Shown: piece after piece, positions 1-11,106 of the stretch
Layout: every line of letters starts with the position of its first letter
How positions within the stretch are numbered: the first letter of the stretch is position 1
Assembly: GCA_024699495.1 (NCBI GenBank)
Contig: JAILPK010000036.1
Coordinates: forward strand, 36,566-100,565
DNA from: Bacteroidaceae bacterium
GTDB taxonomy: Bacteria > Bacteroidota > Bacteroidia > Bacteroidales > Bacteroidaceae
Length of the DNA: 64,000 bases
Direction of reading: 5' to 3'
Translations under genes and position numbers: made by a program
The notes under the pieces: model-generated
Told to the model about the DNA's origin: nothing
Databases searched by the model: none
What the model saw: only the letters and a program-made list of their open reading frames with translations

Positions 1-1
1 C

Positions 2-769
2 TACACTATACAGGAAGGTCTCGATGCCATACGCGATGTTATCTATTACATAGAAACCTACGACGTCACCACTGTGCGCGCATCTACACCTATGTATCTT
101 CTGGCCAGGGTCATCAAATCCATGGGCATCAAGATGGTGCTCTCAGGCGAGGGGGCCGACGAGATTTTCGGAGGATATCTCTATTTCCATAAAGCACCGT
201 CGGCTCAGGCTTTCCATGAGGAGACCGTACGCAAACTATCCAAACTGCATCTCTACGACTGCCTTCGCGCCAACAAAAGTCTGTGTGCATGGGGCGTTGA
301 GGGGCGCGTTCCCTTCCTTGACAAGGAGTTTCTCGATGTGGCAATGCGTACCAACCCCGAAGCCAAGATGTGTCCTGGCACCGCCATCGAGAAGAAAATT
401 GTGCGCGAGGCATTTGCTGACATGCTGCCCGAAGAGGTGGTCTGGCGCCAGAAAGAGCAGTTCAGCGACGGCGTAGGCTACTCATGGATAGACACGCTCA
501 AACGCATAACCTCTGAAGCTGTGACCGACGAGCAGATGGCAAACGCCGCCCAGCGCTTCCCCATAAACCCGCCCCTCAACAAGGAGGAATATTTCTACCG
601 CTGCATTTTCGCCGAGCATTTCCCAAGCGATTCCGCTGCCCGCAGCGTCAACCAGGAGGCTTCGGTGGCCTGTTCCACTGCTATAGCCCTCGAATGGGAC
701 GCCGCCTTCAAAAACCTCAACGACCCAAGCGGCCGAGCGGTAAAGGGGGTGCATCAACAAGCCTATTGA
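2..769 (+). CDS. asnB: Asparagine synthase (glutamine-hydrolysing), C-terminal part; 5' end lies outside the window
   Basis: The frame is open from nt 2 (YTIQEGLDAIRDVIYYIETYDVTTVRASTPMYLL...). The motifs MVLSGEGADEIFGGYLYFHKAP and RVPFLDKEFLDVAM closely match E. coli AsnB. Confidence 0.9.
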   Translation, partial: YTIQEGLDAIRDVIYYIETYDVTTVRASTPMYLLARVIKSMGIKMVLSGEGADEIFGGYLYFHKAPSAQAFHEETVRKLSKLHLYDCLRANKSLCAWGVEGRVPFLDKEFLDVAMRTNPEAKMCPGTAIEKKIVREAFADMLPEEVVWRQKEQFSDGVGYSWIDTLKRITSEAVTDEQMANAAQRFPINPPLNKEEYFYRCIFAEHFPSDSAARSVNQEASVACSTAIALEWDAAFKNLNDPSGRAVKGVHQQAY

Positions 770-774
770 GGGAG

Positions 775-800
775 CCTCACCCCCTATCGAGAGAGGGGGC
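775..800. repeat. GC-rich hairpin, a copy of the 'H' element (CCTCACCCCCT..AGGGGG), 6 nt after the asnB stop; possible terminator
   Basis: CCCCCT/AGGGGG stem with an 8-nt loop. The same sequence family occurs at 22816-22847, 30085-30104, 49589-49619 and 59711-59748. Confidence 0.4.
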
Positions 801-892
801 TGGCGCACAAAGCCTCTAAAGGAAACAAATCGTCAAGTCTTCAACTCGTTTACTCGTCAACTAATAAGTCAACTCAAAAACTCAAAAACTAA

Positions 893-2107
893 ATGCTCAA
901 ATCCAAGTTAGTTCTCAGCGATGGCAGCGTCTTTAGCGGATGGTCATTCGGCCACGCTGCATCAGTCGCAGGCGAGGTGGTGTTCAACACTGCCATGACA
1001 GGCTATCCAGAGAGTCTTACCGACCCCAGTTATGCCGGACAGATACTCGTAATGACCTATCCTCTGGTGGGCAATTACGGTGTGCCCTCCACGGGTGAAG
1101 CAGCTGGCGGACTACCCGAATTTATGGAGAGCGGGCATATTCAGGTAAAAGGGCTCGTAGTAGCCGACTACAGCTCAGAATACTCACACTGGAACGCCAA
1201 TGAGTCGCTTGCCGAATGGCTCCAGCGAGAACATATACCCGCAATTACAGGCATCGACACCCGACGGCTCACTACGCTCCTGCGAGAGCACGGGGTAATG
1301 ATGGGGCATATAATAACTGAAGGGGCCGACCAAGGACAGCAGCTTGATGAGTGCCACGACTATAACACAGTAAACTGGGTGGATAAGGTGAGTTGCAAAG
1401 AAATAATCACCTATCAGCCCCAGGAACCCCATGGGGCCAAGGAGACCTATGAGGCCTATGAGACCCAAGAAATCCATGAGGCCTATGAGACCCAGGAAGT
1501 CAATGAGGCCTATGAGACCCAGGAAGTCCATGAGGCCCAGCCCAAGCGGGTGGTTCTGGTTGACTGCGGCGTGAAAGCCAATATCATCCGCTGCCTCATC
1601 CGCCGCGGCGTCGAAGTGATACGCGTGCCTTGGGACTACGACTTCAACCAACTGGAGTTCGACGGCCTCTTTTTGGCCAACGGCCCGGGGGACCCTGAGT
1701 TGTGCAGAACCACGGTCACCCATATCAGGCAGTTCCTCAACGGCCCGAAAGTGAGGCCTTGCATGGGCATCTGCCTGGGAAACCAACTGCTGGCCAGGGC
1801 TGCCGGCGCCAGCACTTACAAACTGAAATACGGCCACAGGTCGCATAACCAGCCTGTGCGGCAGGTGGGCACTCCGCGCTGTTTCATCACCTCGCAAAAT
1901 CATGGTTATGCAGTGGACGACTCCACCCTCCCCTCCGACTGGGAACCGCTGTTCGTAAATATGAACGACGGCTCCAATGAAGGCATCCGCCATAAGACCA
2001 GCCCTTGGTTCTCGGCCCAATTCCATCCCGAGGCCTGCAGCGGCCCAACAGATACCGAGTTCCTCTTCGACCAATTTGTTAATACTCTCCACACATGGAA
2101 AAAATAA
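893..2107 (+). CDS. carA: Carbamoyl-phosphate synthase small (glutaminase) subunit, with a repeat insertion in the interdomain linker
   Basis: The N-terminus [33 protein letters not shown] and the GATase motifs GICLGNQLL and HGYAV are typical of CarA. Confidence 0.9.
   Translation: MLKSKLVLSDGSVFSGWSFGHAASVAGEVVFNTAMTGYPESLTDPSYAGQILVMTYPLVGNYGVPSTGEAAGGLPEFMESGHIQVKGLVVADYSSEYSHWNANESLAEWLQREHIPAITGIDTRRLTTLLREHGVMMGHIITEGADQGQQLDECHDYNTVNWVDKVSCKEIITYQPQEPHGAKETYEAYETQEIHEAYETQEVNEAYETQEVHEAQPKRVVLVDCGVKANIIRCLIRRGVEVIRVPWDYDFNQLEFDGLFLANGPGDPELCRTTVTHIRQFLNGPKVRPCMGICLGNQLLARAAGASTYKLKYGHRSHNQPVRQVGTPRCFITSQNHGYAVDDSTLPSDWEPLFVNMNDGSNEGIRHKTSPWFSAQFHPEACSGPTDTEFLFDQFVNTLHTWKK
1442..1537 (+). 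repeat. In-frame 27-bp tandem repeat (about 3.5 copies) inside carA
   Basis: GAGGCCTATGAGACCCARGAARTCMAT is repeated from 1451 and encodes EAYETQE(I/V)(H/N) repeats. Confidence 0.9.
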
Positions 2108-3786
2108 CCAAAGTACTGCTTTTAGGCAGCGGAGCCCTAAAGATAGGGCAGGCCGGCGAGTTCGATTACAGCGGTGCCCAGGCTCTCAAAGCGCTAAAAG
2201 AAGAGGGCATACAGTCAGTGCTCATCAATCCGAACATTGCCACCGTACAAACCTCTAAGGATGTGGCCGACACCGTCTATTTCCAACCCGTCACCCCAGA
2301 ATTCGTAGAAAGGGTCATCGACAAGGAGCGGCCCGACGGCATATTGCTATCCTTCGGCGGCCAGACAGCCCTCAACTGTGGAGTGGAACTTTACCGCCGC
2401 GGCGTGCTTCAGCGTTATGGGGTGCGCGTGCTCGGAACTCCCGTCCAGGCCATCATCGACACCGAGGACCGCGACCTCTTCGTGCAGCGCCTCAGCGAGA
2501 TTGGCGTAAAGACCATCAAGAGCGAAGCATGCAGTTCTGTGCAGGAGGTGAGAGAGGCTGCTGCACGCCTCGGTTTCCCCGTGATTCTCAGGGCAGCATA
2601 CGCCCTGGGAGGCCTCGGTTCGGGTTTCTGCGACAACGACCAGCAGCTGGAGGCCCAGGCCGAAGAGGCATTTGCATTCTCGCCTCAAGTGCTGGTGGAG
2701 AAGTCGTTACGAGGGTGGAAAGAAATAGAGTATGAGGTGGTGCGCGACCGCTATGACAACTGCATAACTGTGTGCAACATGGAGAATTTCGACCCCCTCG
2801 GCATCCACACCGGAGAATCGATTGTGGTAGCTCCCAGTCAGACGCTCACCAACAGCGAATACCACAAACTGCGCGCCCTGGCCATCCGCATCATCCGCCA
2901 CATCGGCATCGTTGGCGAGTGCAACGTGCAATACGCCCTCGACCCCGAATCGGAGGACTACCGCGTAATCGAGGTCAATGCACGTCTCTCGCGATCATCG
3001 GCCCTGGCCAGCAAAGCCACGGGCTACCCTCTGGCTTTCGTAGCCGCCAAACTCGGCTTAGGCTACGGCCTCTTCGAACTGAAGAACTCAGTGACCGGAA
3101 CCACCAGCGCTTTCTTCGAGCCCGCCTTGGACTATGTAGTGTGCAAGATTCCGCGTTGGGACCTATCCAAATTCCATCGTGTGAGCCACGAACTGGGGTC
3201 CAGCATGAAGAGTGTGGGCGAAGTAATGGCCGTGGGCCGCACCTTCGAGGAAGCCCTGCAGAAGGGCCTGCGCATGATCGGCCAAGGAATGCATGGTTTC
3301 GTTGAAAACAAAAGAATACATGTCACAGATATGGAAGAGGCGCTGAAACACGCCACAGACAATCGCATCTTCGTACTTTCGCAGGCCATACAGAACGGTT
3401 GCAGCGTAGAACAATTGCATCGTCTTACTTGCATCGACCGATGGTTTCTACACAAACTGAAGCATATCGTAGCCATTGGGCAAAGCCTGCAGCAGTTCGG
3501 CAGCCTATATGAGAATATGTTCTTCATGGATGACTCCGAACTGATCGAATATCTTGACACGCCACAGTTCACAAGTCTGCTACGTGATGCCAAAATTTAT
3601 GGCTTCTCAGATTTCCAGATTGCGCGCGCCCTCGGGCTGGGAAGCGACACAGGAATGGAAGAGGCCGGACTGCGCGTACGTTCCTGGCGCAAGGAACTCG
3701 GCATCCTACCTACTGTTAAGAAGATAGATACGCTCGCAGCTGAATATCCGGCCAAAACCAACTATTTGTACCTTTCATACCAATAG
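2095..3786 (+). CDS. carB: Carbamoyl-phosphate synthase large subunit, N-terminal half only (carboxyphosphate ATP-grasp + oligomerisation domain)
   Basis: [30 protein letters not shown]... is a canonical CarB N-terminus. The ORF ends after ...[19 protein letters not shown], roughly where the second ATP-grasp half normally begins. It overlaps the carA stop by 13 nt. Confidence 0.85.
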   Translation: MEKITKVLLLGSGALKIGQAGEFDYSGAQALKALKEEGIQSVLINPNIATVQTSKDVADTVYFQPVTPEFVERVIDKERPDGILLSFGGQTALNCGVELYRRGVLQRYGVRVLGTPVQAIIDTEDRDLFVQRLSEIGVKTIKSEACSSVQEVREAAARLGFPVILRAAYALGGLGSGFCDNDQQLEAQAEEAFAFSPQVLVEKSLRGWKEIEYEVVRDRYDNCITVCNMENFDPLGIHTGESIVVAPSQTLTNSEYHKLRALAIRIIRHIGIVGECNVQYALDPESEDYRVIEVNARLSRSSALASKATGYPLAFVAAKLGLGYGLFELKNSVTGTTSAFFEPALDYVVCKIPRWDLSKFHRVSHELGSSMKSVGEVMAVGRTFEEALQKGLRMIGQGMHGFVENKRIHVTDMEEALKHATDNRIFVLSQAIQNGCSVEQLHRLTCIDRWFLHKLKHIVAIGQSLQQFGSLYENMFFMDDSELIEYLDTPQFTSLLRDAKIYGFSDFQIARALGLGSDTGMEEAGLRVRSWRKELGILPTVKKIDTLAAEYPAKTNYLYLSYQ

Positions 3787-3877
3787 AGCGACGTCTTTTA
3801 AAGGGTCGCGAGAGGCTGATTTTCCGTCATTACTTCTTTTTTCAGTGCTAAATTGCTACTTATTCGGAATATTTAGT

Positions 3878-3885
3878 TACTTTTG
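3878..3885 (+). promoter_or_regulatory. Bacteroidetes-type -7 promoter box (TACTTTTG)
   Basis: Matches the TAnnTTTG consensus, 20 nt upstream of the ATG at 3905. Confidence 0.45.
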
Positions 3886-3904
3886 TGCCGAAAAAAAGAA
3901 TACA

Positions 3905-4471
3905 ATGATGAAAAATCAAGCTTATCGTATTGACTTATTGCTGATTATCTTACTTTTGGCAATTAGTTCCTGCAAACAGCAGTCTAAATCTGACAACAGC
4001 CAGAATGAAGATGCTGTATCTGCCGTTGCCGCTCCCACAGACGGCGTGCAGAAGATGAGCGAATATGACTATTCAGACACCATCAACTCCGGCGGACGCA
4101 CCTACGTTTACACCATACACCGCGAACCGGCTCCTGACATGCCAACCGTACGCGACGAGATGGGGTATGTATTTGCAGACAATATTTACTCCCTACGCGT
4201 AACACATAACGGGAAAGCCATCATCGCCCGGACATTCACGAAGCAGGATTTTGCCAGATTCCTCTCTGATGCCATCCTTGAGGGAGGCATCATGGACGGC
4301 CTCATCTACGATGCCAGTCAGCCGGGCCTGCATTTTGCGGCGTGCGTAAGCATTCCACAAAGCGATATGTCAGAGCCATTCATACTAAACTTCGATGAGC
4401 GCGGCGGAATGACCATTGAAAAAGATAACCGTCCGGAGATTGATATCGTTGAAGAGGAGGACGGAGTCTGA
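3905..4471 (+). CDS. Hypothetical lipoprotein
   Basis: The internal ATG gives MMKNQAYRIDLLLIILLLAISSCKQQ, a signal peptide plus lipobox Cys. I recognised no catalytic motif. Confidence 0.6.
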   Translation: MMKNQAYRIDLLLIILLLAISSCKQQSKSDNSQNEDAVSAVAAPTDGVQKMSEYDYSDTINSGGRTYVYTIHREPAPDMPTVRDEMGYVFADNIYSLRVTHNGKAIIARTFTKQDFARFLSDAILEGGIMDGLIYDASQPGLHFAACVSIPQSDMSEPFILNFDERGGMTIEKDNRPEIDIVEEEDGV

Positions 4472-4527
4472 CAGGAGTTCCTGCAAAAAAAATCTAATTG
4501 CCAGTCGCAGGGGATATAATTACATCT

Positions 4528-5097
4528 ATGAATATAATTGAGACAGAAATTCCAGGACTTTTTATACTTGAGCCGCGTGTGTTCAGAGATTCAAGGGGCT
4601 ACTTCTATGAGTCGTTCTCACAAAGAGAATTCGATGAGAAAATACGTCCTATCAAATTTGTCCAAGACAACGAGAGCATGTCTGTATATGGAGTAATGCG
4701 CGGCCTTCATTACCAGAGAATGCCTTATACTCAGAGCAAACTGGTGCGCTGCACAAAAGGGGCCGTTCTTGACGTCGCTGTAGATATCCGGGTTGGGTCA
4801 CCCACATTCGGCAAGCATGTGGCCGTTGAACTTTCGGATGAGAACAAACGCCAGTTCTTCATTCCGCGCGGATTCGCCCACGGCTTCTCGGTACTCACCG
4901 ATGTGGCGGTGTTCCAATACAAATGCGACAACTTCTACCATCCCGAGTCGGAAGGGGGCGTGTGTCTTACTGATGAGACTCTGGGAATAGACTGGCGCAT
5001 ACCCGTCGCCCACGCAATTCTCTCAGAAAAAGACCTCGCACATAATAATCTGAAGGACAGCCCCATAGATTTCCGTTACGAAGACAAACTCTATTAG
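4528..5097 (+). CDS. rfbC: dTDP-4-dehydrorhamnose 3,5-epimerase
   Basis: MNIIETEIPGLFILEPRVFRDSRGYFYESF... and RGLHYQ are RmlC hallmarks. The ATG at 4528 is preferred over the TTG at 4498. Confidence 0.9.
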   Translation: MNIIETEIPGLFILEPRVFRDSRGYFYESFSQREFDEKIRPIKFVQDNESMSVYGVMRGLHYQRMPYTQSKLVRCTKGAVLDVAVDIRVGSPTFGKHVAVELSDENKRQFFIPRGFAHGFSVLTDVAVFQYKCDNFYHPESEGGVCLTDETLGIDWRIPVAHAILSEKDLAHNNLKDSPIDFRYEDKLY

Positions 5098-5099
5098 CT

Positions 5100-6233
5100 A
5101 TGAATACAATTATCATTACCGGCGGTGCCGGTTTCATTGGCAGTCACGTAGTTCGCCTATTTGTAAACAAGTATCCAGACTACAACATCATCAATCTTGA
5201 CAAACTTACCTATGCTGGGAACCTGGCCAACCTGAAGGACGTCGAGAATCTGCCCAACTACGAATTTGTCCGCATGGACATCTGCGATTTCGACAGCATC
5301 TACAAACTGATGCAGGACAAGCAGGTCACAGGTATCATTCATCTTGCCGCAGAGAGCCATGTTGACCGCAGCATCAAAGACCCGTTCACATTTGCCAAAA
5401 CGAACGTCATGGGCACACTCTCGCTGCTGCAGGCTGCAAAACTCTATTGGGAGAGCCTACCGGAGAAGTATGAAGGCAAGCGCTTCTACCACATCTCCAC
5501 CGACGAGGTTTACGGAGCACTGGAACTCACCCATCCCGAAGGAATCGAACCGCCATTTACCACGACGGCAAGTAGCAGCGAGCACCATCTGGCCTACGGC
5601 AAGACTTTCTTTTACGAGAACACCAAATATAACCCTCATTCGCCATACAGCGCATCAAAAGCCAGCAGCGACCATTTCGTTCGAGCATTCCACGACACCT
5701 ACGGAATGCCTACGATTGTCACCAACTGTTCCAATAACTACGGTCCCTATCAGTTCCCTGAGAAACTGATTCCCCTGTTCATCAACAACATACGCAACCG
5801 CAAGCCCCTACCTGTTTATGGCAAAGGTGAGAATGTGCGCGACTGGCTTTATGTGGAAGACCACGCCCGCGCCATAGACCTCATCTTCCATAAGGGAACG
5901 ATAGCTGAGACATATAACATAGGCGGTTTCAACGAGTGGAAAAACATCGACATCATCAAAGTAATTATCAAAACCGTTGACCGACTTATCGGCCGCCCCG
6001 AAGGAGCCGATATGGACCTGATTACATACGTCACCGACCGTCTGGGCCACGATATGCGCTACGCAATAGACTCCAGCAAACTGCAGAAAGAACTCGGGTG
6101 GGAGCCGAGCCTTCAGTTTGAAGAAGGGATAGAGAAGACCGTGCGCTGGTATCTCGACAACCAGGCATGGATGGACAATGTCACATCAGGCGATTACCAA
6201 AGCTACTACGAAGACATGTATGCCGGACGCTAA
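5100..6233 (+). CDS. rfbB: dTDP-glucose 4,6-dehydratase
   Basis: TGGAGFIGS Rossmann motif, YSASKASSDH catalytic motif and an RmlB-like C-terminus. Confidence 0.95.
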   Translation: MNTIIITGGAGFIGSHVVRLFVNKYPDYNIINLDKLTYAGNLANLKDVENLPNYEFVRMDICDFDSIYKLMQDKQVTGIIHLAAESHVDRSIKDPFTFAKTNVMGTLSLLQAAKLYWESLPEKYEGKRFYHISTDEVYGALELTHPEGIEPPFTTTASSSEHHLAYGKTFFYENTKYNPHSPYSASKASSDHFVRAFHDTYGMPTIVTNCSNNYGPYQFPEKLIPLFINNIRNRKPLPVYGKGENVRDWLYVEDHARAIDLIFHKGTIAETYNIGGFNEWKNIDIIKVIIKTVDRLIGRPEGADMDLITYVTDRLGHDMRYAIDSSKLQKELGWEPSLQFEEGIEKTVRWYLDNQAWMDNVTSGDYQSYYEDMYAGR

Positions 6234-6255
6234 GCGCCTGACTCCTACAACACAA

Positions 6256-6285
6256 AGCACCCCCAAAATTGGGAGTGCTTTTTTG
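6256..6285 (+). terminator. Rho-independent terminator after rfbB
   Basis: AGCACCCCC-AAAATT-GGGAGTGCT hairpin followed by TTTTTT. Confidence 0.7.
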
Positions 6286-6488
6286 TTTGTGGATTGGACG
6301 GTCTGTGAGTCCCTAAGTTTAACACGGGCATGAAGGAATTTAGGTTTCTGTCTGCCTATAATGGAGCCAAACACCTCTATGTTGGCTGCAACAAAGAGAA
6401 CATCCCTTCAGATTAGCACTTGATTAATCATTTATGGTAAGAATGATTATTTACTTTAAATACTTAGAATAATAAGTATAATGATTTA

Positions 6489-8306
6489 CTAAACCACTCT
6501 TACACCGCCTTTATCTGCGCTCGTGACGCTCTGAGCATAAGCACGCAGGGCTTTGGAGACTGTGCGCTGACGCGTCACGGGCCGCATAGGACGCGCAGCC
6601 AGTTCGGCATCAGACAGACGTACATTGATGCTGCGGTTGGGGATGTCGATGTCTATGATATCTCCGTCGATAATCTTACCGATATTTCCGCCGCTTGCAG
6701 CTTCGGGCGAGATATGTCCGATGCTGAGTCCGCTCGTCCCGCCGCTGAAGCGTCCGTCGGTGATAAGAGCGCATTCCTTGCCCATATGCATGCTCTTGAT
6801 ATAAGACGTCGGGTATAGCATCTCTTGCATCCCGGGGCCGCCTTTCGGTCCTTCGTGGGTGATTACAACAACATCACCCTTCTGCACACGTCCGCCGAGA
6901 ATACCTTCACAAGCCTCTTCCTGCGAGTCGAATACCACAGCCTTCCCCGAGAACTTCCATATCTTCTCATCCACACCGGCCGTTTTTACCACACATCCGT
7001 CCTGGGCTATGTTTCCGAAGAGGACTGCCATTCCGCCGTCTTTGGTATAAGCGTGACTTATGTCTCGGATGCAACCATTGGAACGGTCGGTGTCAAAACT
7101 ATCATAGAAAGTTTCTTGCGCACCAAGCTTATTGCAAAACTTGCCAGCAGGAGCGGAAAGATAGATGTATGTGGCGGCAGCTGGGTCCAAAGCCTCCCGC
7201 ATGTCGGAGGTCGAAATATCATATTTCTTTATAGCCTCGGCCAGCGTCAGTCCGTCAACCCTGCGCGCTCCGGTTTCAATGAGTCCTCCCTTGTCCAACT
7301 CGTTCAGCAGCGAAAGCACACCGCCAGCGCGTCCGAACTCCTGTACACTGTATTTCTGGCTGTTCGGAGCCAGCTTGCAGAGCAGCGGGGTCTTTCGTGA
7401 GAGAGCGTCTATGTCTTTCATCGTGAAGTCCACCTCTGCCTCCTGCGCTACAGCCAGCAAATGCAGCACGGTGTTTGTGCTTGCTCCCATGGCAATGTCC
7501 AGAGTCATAGCGTTAAGGAAAGCTTCGCGGGTGGCTATGCTTCGCGGAAGCACACTCTCGTCTCCATCCTCATAGTAGGCCATGGCATTTCTTACAATCT
7601 GACGTGCAGCCTCCTGCATCAGCCTCACACGGTTGACATGTGTGGCGAGAATCGTCCCGTTGCCGGGCAAGGAGAGTCCAATAGCCTCTGTCAGATTGTT
7701 CATGCTGTTGGCAGTGAACATACCCGAGCAGCATCCGCATCCGGGACAGGCCCTGTTCTCCACTTCGGCGAGTTCCTCGTCAGAAACAGTTGGGTCGGCC
7801 CCCTTCACCATAGCAGAGATAAGATCGAGGTTTTCCCCCTTGTATTTACCCGCTTCCATAGGCCCTCCGCTGACAAATACCGCAGGAATATTCAGCCGCA
7901 TTGCAGCCATCAGCATTCCGGGGGTAATCTTGTCACAGTTGGAGATGCATATCATAGCATCGGCCTTATGGGCGTTTACCATATATTCCACAGAGTCAGC
8001 GATAATGTCGCGCGAGGGCAAGGAATAGAGCATTCCGTCGTGCCCCATGGCAATTCCGTCGTCGATAGCAATAGTGTTGAATTCGGCGGCGTAGCAGCCC
8101 ATCTTCTCTATCTCTGCCTTGACAATCTGTCCGGCCTCGTGCAGATGGGTGTGTCCGGGCACAAACTGAGTAAAACTGTTTACCACCGCTATTATCGGTT
8201 TGCCAAACTGTTCCCGCTTCATTCCGTTGGCGACCCACAAAGCGCGGGCTCCGGCCATTCGGCGGCCTTCGGTGCAGACGGAACTGCGCAGCTGATGTTT
8301 CATCAT
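6489..8306 (-). CDS. ilvD: Dihydroxy-acid dehydratase
   Basis: Full-length IlvD-like sequence ([55 protein letters not shown]). Confidence 0.95.
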   Translation of the reverse strand: MMKHQLRSSVCTEGRRMAGARALWVANGMKREQFGKPIIAVVNSFTQFVPGHTHLHEAGQIVKAEIEKMGCYAAEFNTIAIDDGIAMGHDGMLYSLPSRDIIADSVEYMVNAHKADAMICISNCDKITPGMLMAAMRLNIPAVFVSGGPMEAGKYKGENLDLISAMVKGADPTVSDEELAEVENRACPGCGCCSGMFTANSMNNLTEAIGLSLPGNGTILATHVNRVRLMQEAARQIVRNAMAYYEDGDESVLPRSIATREAFLNAMTLDIAMGASTNTVLHLLAVAQEAEVDFTMKDIDALSRKTPLLCKLAPNSQKYSVQEFGRAGGVLSLLNELDKGGLIETGARRVDGLTLAEAIKKYDISTSDMREALDPAAATYIYLSAPAGKFCNKLGAQETFYDSFDTDRSNGCIRDISHAYTKDGGMAVLFGNIAQDGCVVKTAGVDEKIWKFSGKAVVFDSQEEACEGILGGRVQKGDVVVITHEGPKGGPGMQEMLYPTSYIKSMHMGKECALITDGRFSGGTSGLSIGHISPEAASGGNIGKIIDGDIIDIDIPNRSINVRLSDAELAARPMRPVTRQRTVSKALRAYAQSVTSADKGGVRVV

Positions 8307-8356
8307 TGTAATTCTATTTTTTGAATTTGTGTTATTTGGTTTTTATGGGCTAAAAA

Positions 8357-9844
8357 TCACGCTGTCGGGGCCTCTTTTTTCTGCTGGCGCACGAATCTGA
8401 TGAAGAGGAAGCAGAGTATGCAGGCGAGGACGACTCCGGCACAGATGCCTGGAGTTACGGGCAAACGGAACCCCTCGGGCGCTGCCAGGATATAGCTTGT
8501 GCAAACCACAGTCATGAAGAGGGCCGGCAGAAAGGCAATCCAGTAGCACTTGTGCTTTCTGGCCAGCCATACGGCAGCTGTCCAGAGGAAACACGTAGCG
8601 AGGGTCTGGTTAAACCATGCAAAATAGCGCCACAGAATGTCGAAGTCAACGAAGACAAGGGCTCCGGAAATGACAAACAGTGGCAATGCAAGAAGAAGAC
8701 GGCTCCACACCTTCTTTTGGGCAAGATGCAGGAAGTCGGCCACGATGAGTCTAGCCGATCTGAACGCCGTATCTCCGCTTGTAATTGGCGCGGCCACAAC
8801 ACCGAGCACGGCCAAAATGGCTCCGATGCGTCCCATCCATGTCTGGCAAATCATATTTACAAGCAGGGCGGGATTAGTTTTGCCTCCTGAGGTCATAAGT
8901 GCTGAGAGCGATGCATAAGGGTCATTGTCCTGTCCTGCAAACGCTGAGTTCTCAGAGGCAAATTTTATTGCGGCAGCGGCCCAAATCATAGCAACGACAC
9001 CCTCAGTAATCATAGCTCCGTAAAAAACGAGGCGGCCGCGCTTCTCATTCTCGAGGCAGCGTGACATCAAAGGCGACTGCGTGGCATGAAAACCGCTTAT
9101 TGCACCACAGGCTATGGTAATGCAAAGAAACGGGAAAATGGGAAGCCCTTTGGGATGGTGTGATTCAAATGGCATATCAGTCAGCTCCGGCATCCATCCC
9201 TCGCGTGTGACTATTCCGAATCCGACACCTACAGCCATAATCAGCAGAGCCGCTCCGAAGAAGGGATATAGACGACCAATCAGAGTGTCTATCGGGAGCA
9301 GGGTTGCCATTATGCAATAAAGAAACACCAACCCGATCCAAGCCCAGCGCCAAACCGTTAGGTCCATACCCCAGATGCCGTCGGTCATAGTTGCCAACAA
9401 GCCTGCAGAAGTGGTTACAAAAACAGTACCCACCAGTATCAGAAGAATCACCGAGAGGACTCGCATTGCCTGACGCGCCACCATGCCCAGTTCGTTTCCG
9501 ACCATCTCGGGCAGTGAGGCCCCGTCGTTACGTAGGGAAATCATCCCACATAGGTAGTCGTGTACAGCTCCCATAAAGATGCAGCCGAGGACAATCCACA
9601 GATAGGCCGCCGGACCGAACAGGATGCCCATAATAGCTCCGAATATCGGTCCTGTACCTGCTATGTTCAGGAATTGGATAAGATAGACCCGCCAAGTAGG
9701 CATCGGAATGTAATCCACTCCGTCGGACAGTCGGTAAGAAGGTGTCTGGCGCGACTCCTCAGCGCCGAAGATACGTTCGACAAAAGCTCCGTAGAACAGA
9801 TAACCTGCTACAAGAGCCAAAATGCAAAGTATGAAAGTTATCAT
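8357..9844 (-). CDS. cstA: Carbon starvation protein A family transporter
   Basis: Polytopic membrane protein with a CstA-like N-terminus (YLFYGAFVERIFG..., FGAIMGILFGPAAYLWIVLG). Confidence 0.85.
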   Translation of the reverse strand: MITFILCILALVAGYLFYGAFVERIFGAEESRQTPSYRLSDGVDYIPMPTWRVYLIQFLNIAGTGPIFGAIMGILFGPAAYLWIVLGCIFMGAVHDYLCGMISLRNDGASLPEMVGNELGMVARQAMRVLSVILLILVGTVFVTTSAGLLATMTDGIWGMDLTVWRWAWIGLVFLYCIMATLLPIDTLIGRLYPFFGAALLIMAVGVGFGIVTREGWMPELTDMPFESHHPKGLPIFPFLCITIACGAISGFHATQSPLMSRCLENEKRGRLVFYGAMITEGVVAMIWAAAAIKFASENSAFAGQDNDPYASLSALMTSGGKTNPALLVNMICQTWMGRIGAILAVLGVVAAPITSGDTAFRSARLIVADFLHLAQKKVWSRLLLALPLFVISGALVFVDFDILWRYFAWFNQTLATCFLWTAAVWLARKHKCYWIAFLPALFMTVVCTSYILAAPEGFRLPVTPGICAGVVLACILCFLFIRFVRQQKKEAPTA

Positions 9845-9972
9845 AATCTGATGTCGTTATTTATTTTTTAGCTTCAACGACTAAATGTAAACGTAATAAA
9901 AAACTCGAAGAACAGCACCATTCTGTTTTTTTGACCTTGACCGTTGAACCCGGGCAAAGACCATGCCCCGAC

Positions 9973-11067
9973 TCAGAGGAATCGCTTTGTGCTTTCATTC
10001 TGCAGCCAGGCATCAAGGATTGTTACTGCGGCCATAGCCTCCACGATGGGGACAGCGCGGGGCAGGACACAGGGGTCGTGACGGCCGCGGGGATTGACCA
10101 CAGCAGGCCGACCATGAATGTTGATGGTGTTTTGCGGGCGCAGCAGAGTTGCAACAGGTTTGAAAGCCACTCGAAAAGGGATGGGCTCACCGTTGCTTAT
10201 TCCACCCTGAATGCCTCCAGAATGGTTTGTAGCAAAGCGCGCTGCACGTTCGTCTCCTCCGACAGAGAGGGATAGAGGAATGTCATTCTGCTCAGAGCCG
10301 CGATATCTCACGCCTTCAAATCCCTCACCATATTCAAATCCTTTCACAGCATTTATGCTCAGCATTGCTGCTCCGAGCATAGCATGCAACTTGCCGAACA
10401 CAGGTTCGCCCAGGCCAGCCGGACAGCCCTCGATAACGCCGGCAATAACTCCTCCGACAGTGTCTCCCTCGACCTTTACCTGCATTATCAGTTCTTCCAT
10501 CCTACGGGCTGCTTCCGGGTCCGGGCAACGCACGTCATTGGTTTCCGTCAGACCAAGGTCCAGACGGGTCCAATCGCGTTCGCAAGCTATATCTCCCACC
10601 TGCTGGGTCCACGCCGTGACACGGATGCCGAGTTGGCGCAACACGAGTTTGGCCAGAGCGCCGGCAACGACCCGGGAGATGGTCTCCCGCGCCGACGAAC
10701 GGCCGCCTCCGCGATGGTCGCGGATGCCATACTTCATAAAATACGTGTAATCAGCGTGCGAGGGTCGGAACACATCCCGCAGATTATCGTAGTCATCAGA
10801 GTGCTGATTTTCGTTGCGCACGATGAAGCCTACCGGCGTTCCTGTTGACTTGCCGTCGAAGATTCCCGAAAGGAACTCCACCCTGTCGCTCTCCTTGCGC
10901 GATGTAGTGAGACGACTCTGACCGGGCTTGCGGCGTGCCAACTCAGCCTGGATGAAATCCATGTCTATATCTATACCCGGCGGCATGCCGTCAACAACAC
11001 CCCCGATGGCAGAGCCATGACTCTCACCAAACGATGTGATGCGAAAGAGAGTACCAAATGTGTTCAT
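9973..11067 (-). CDS. aroC: Chorismate synthase
   Basis: [31 protein letters not shown] and [18 protein letters not shown] motifs. Confidence 0.95.
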   Translation of the reverse strand: MNTFGTLFRITSFGESHGSAIGGVVDGMPPGIDIDMDFIQAELARRKPGQSRLTTSRKESDRVEFLSGIFDGKSTGTPVGFIVRNENQHSDDYDNLRDVFRPSHADYTYFMKYGIRDHRGGGRSSARETISRVVAGALAKLVLRQLGIRVTAWTQQVGDIACERDWTRLDLGLTETNDVRCPDPEAARRMEELIMQVKVEGDTVGGVIAGVIEGCPAGLGEPVFGKLHAMLGAAMLSINAVKGFEYGEGFEGVRYRGSEQNDIPLSLSVGGDERAARFATNHSGGIQGGISNGEPIPFRVAFKPVATLLRPQNTINIHGRPAVVNPRGRHDPCVLPRAVPIVEAMAAVTILDAWLQNESTKRFL

Positions 11068-11106
11068 GTGAAGCCTGTTTTTGTTGCCCGTCTTGGGAAA
11101 AGGACA

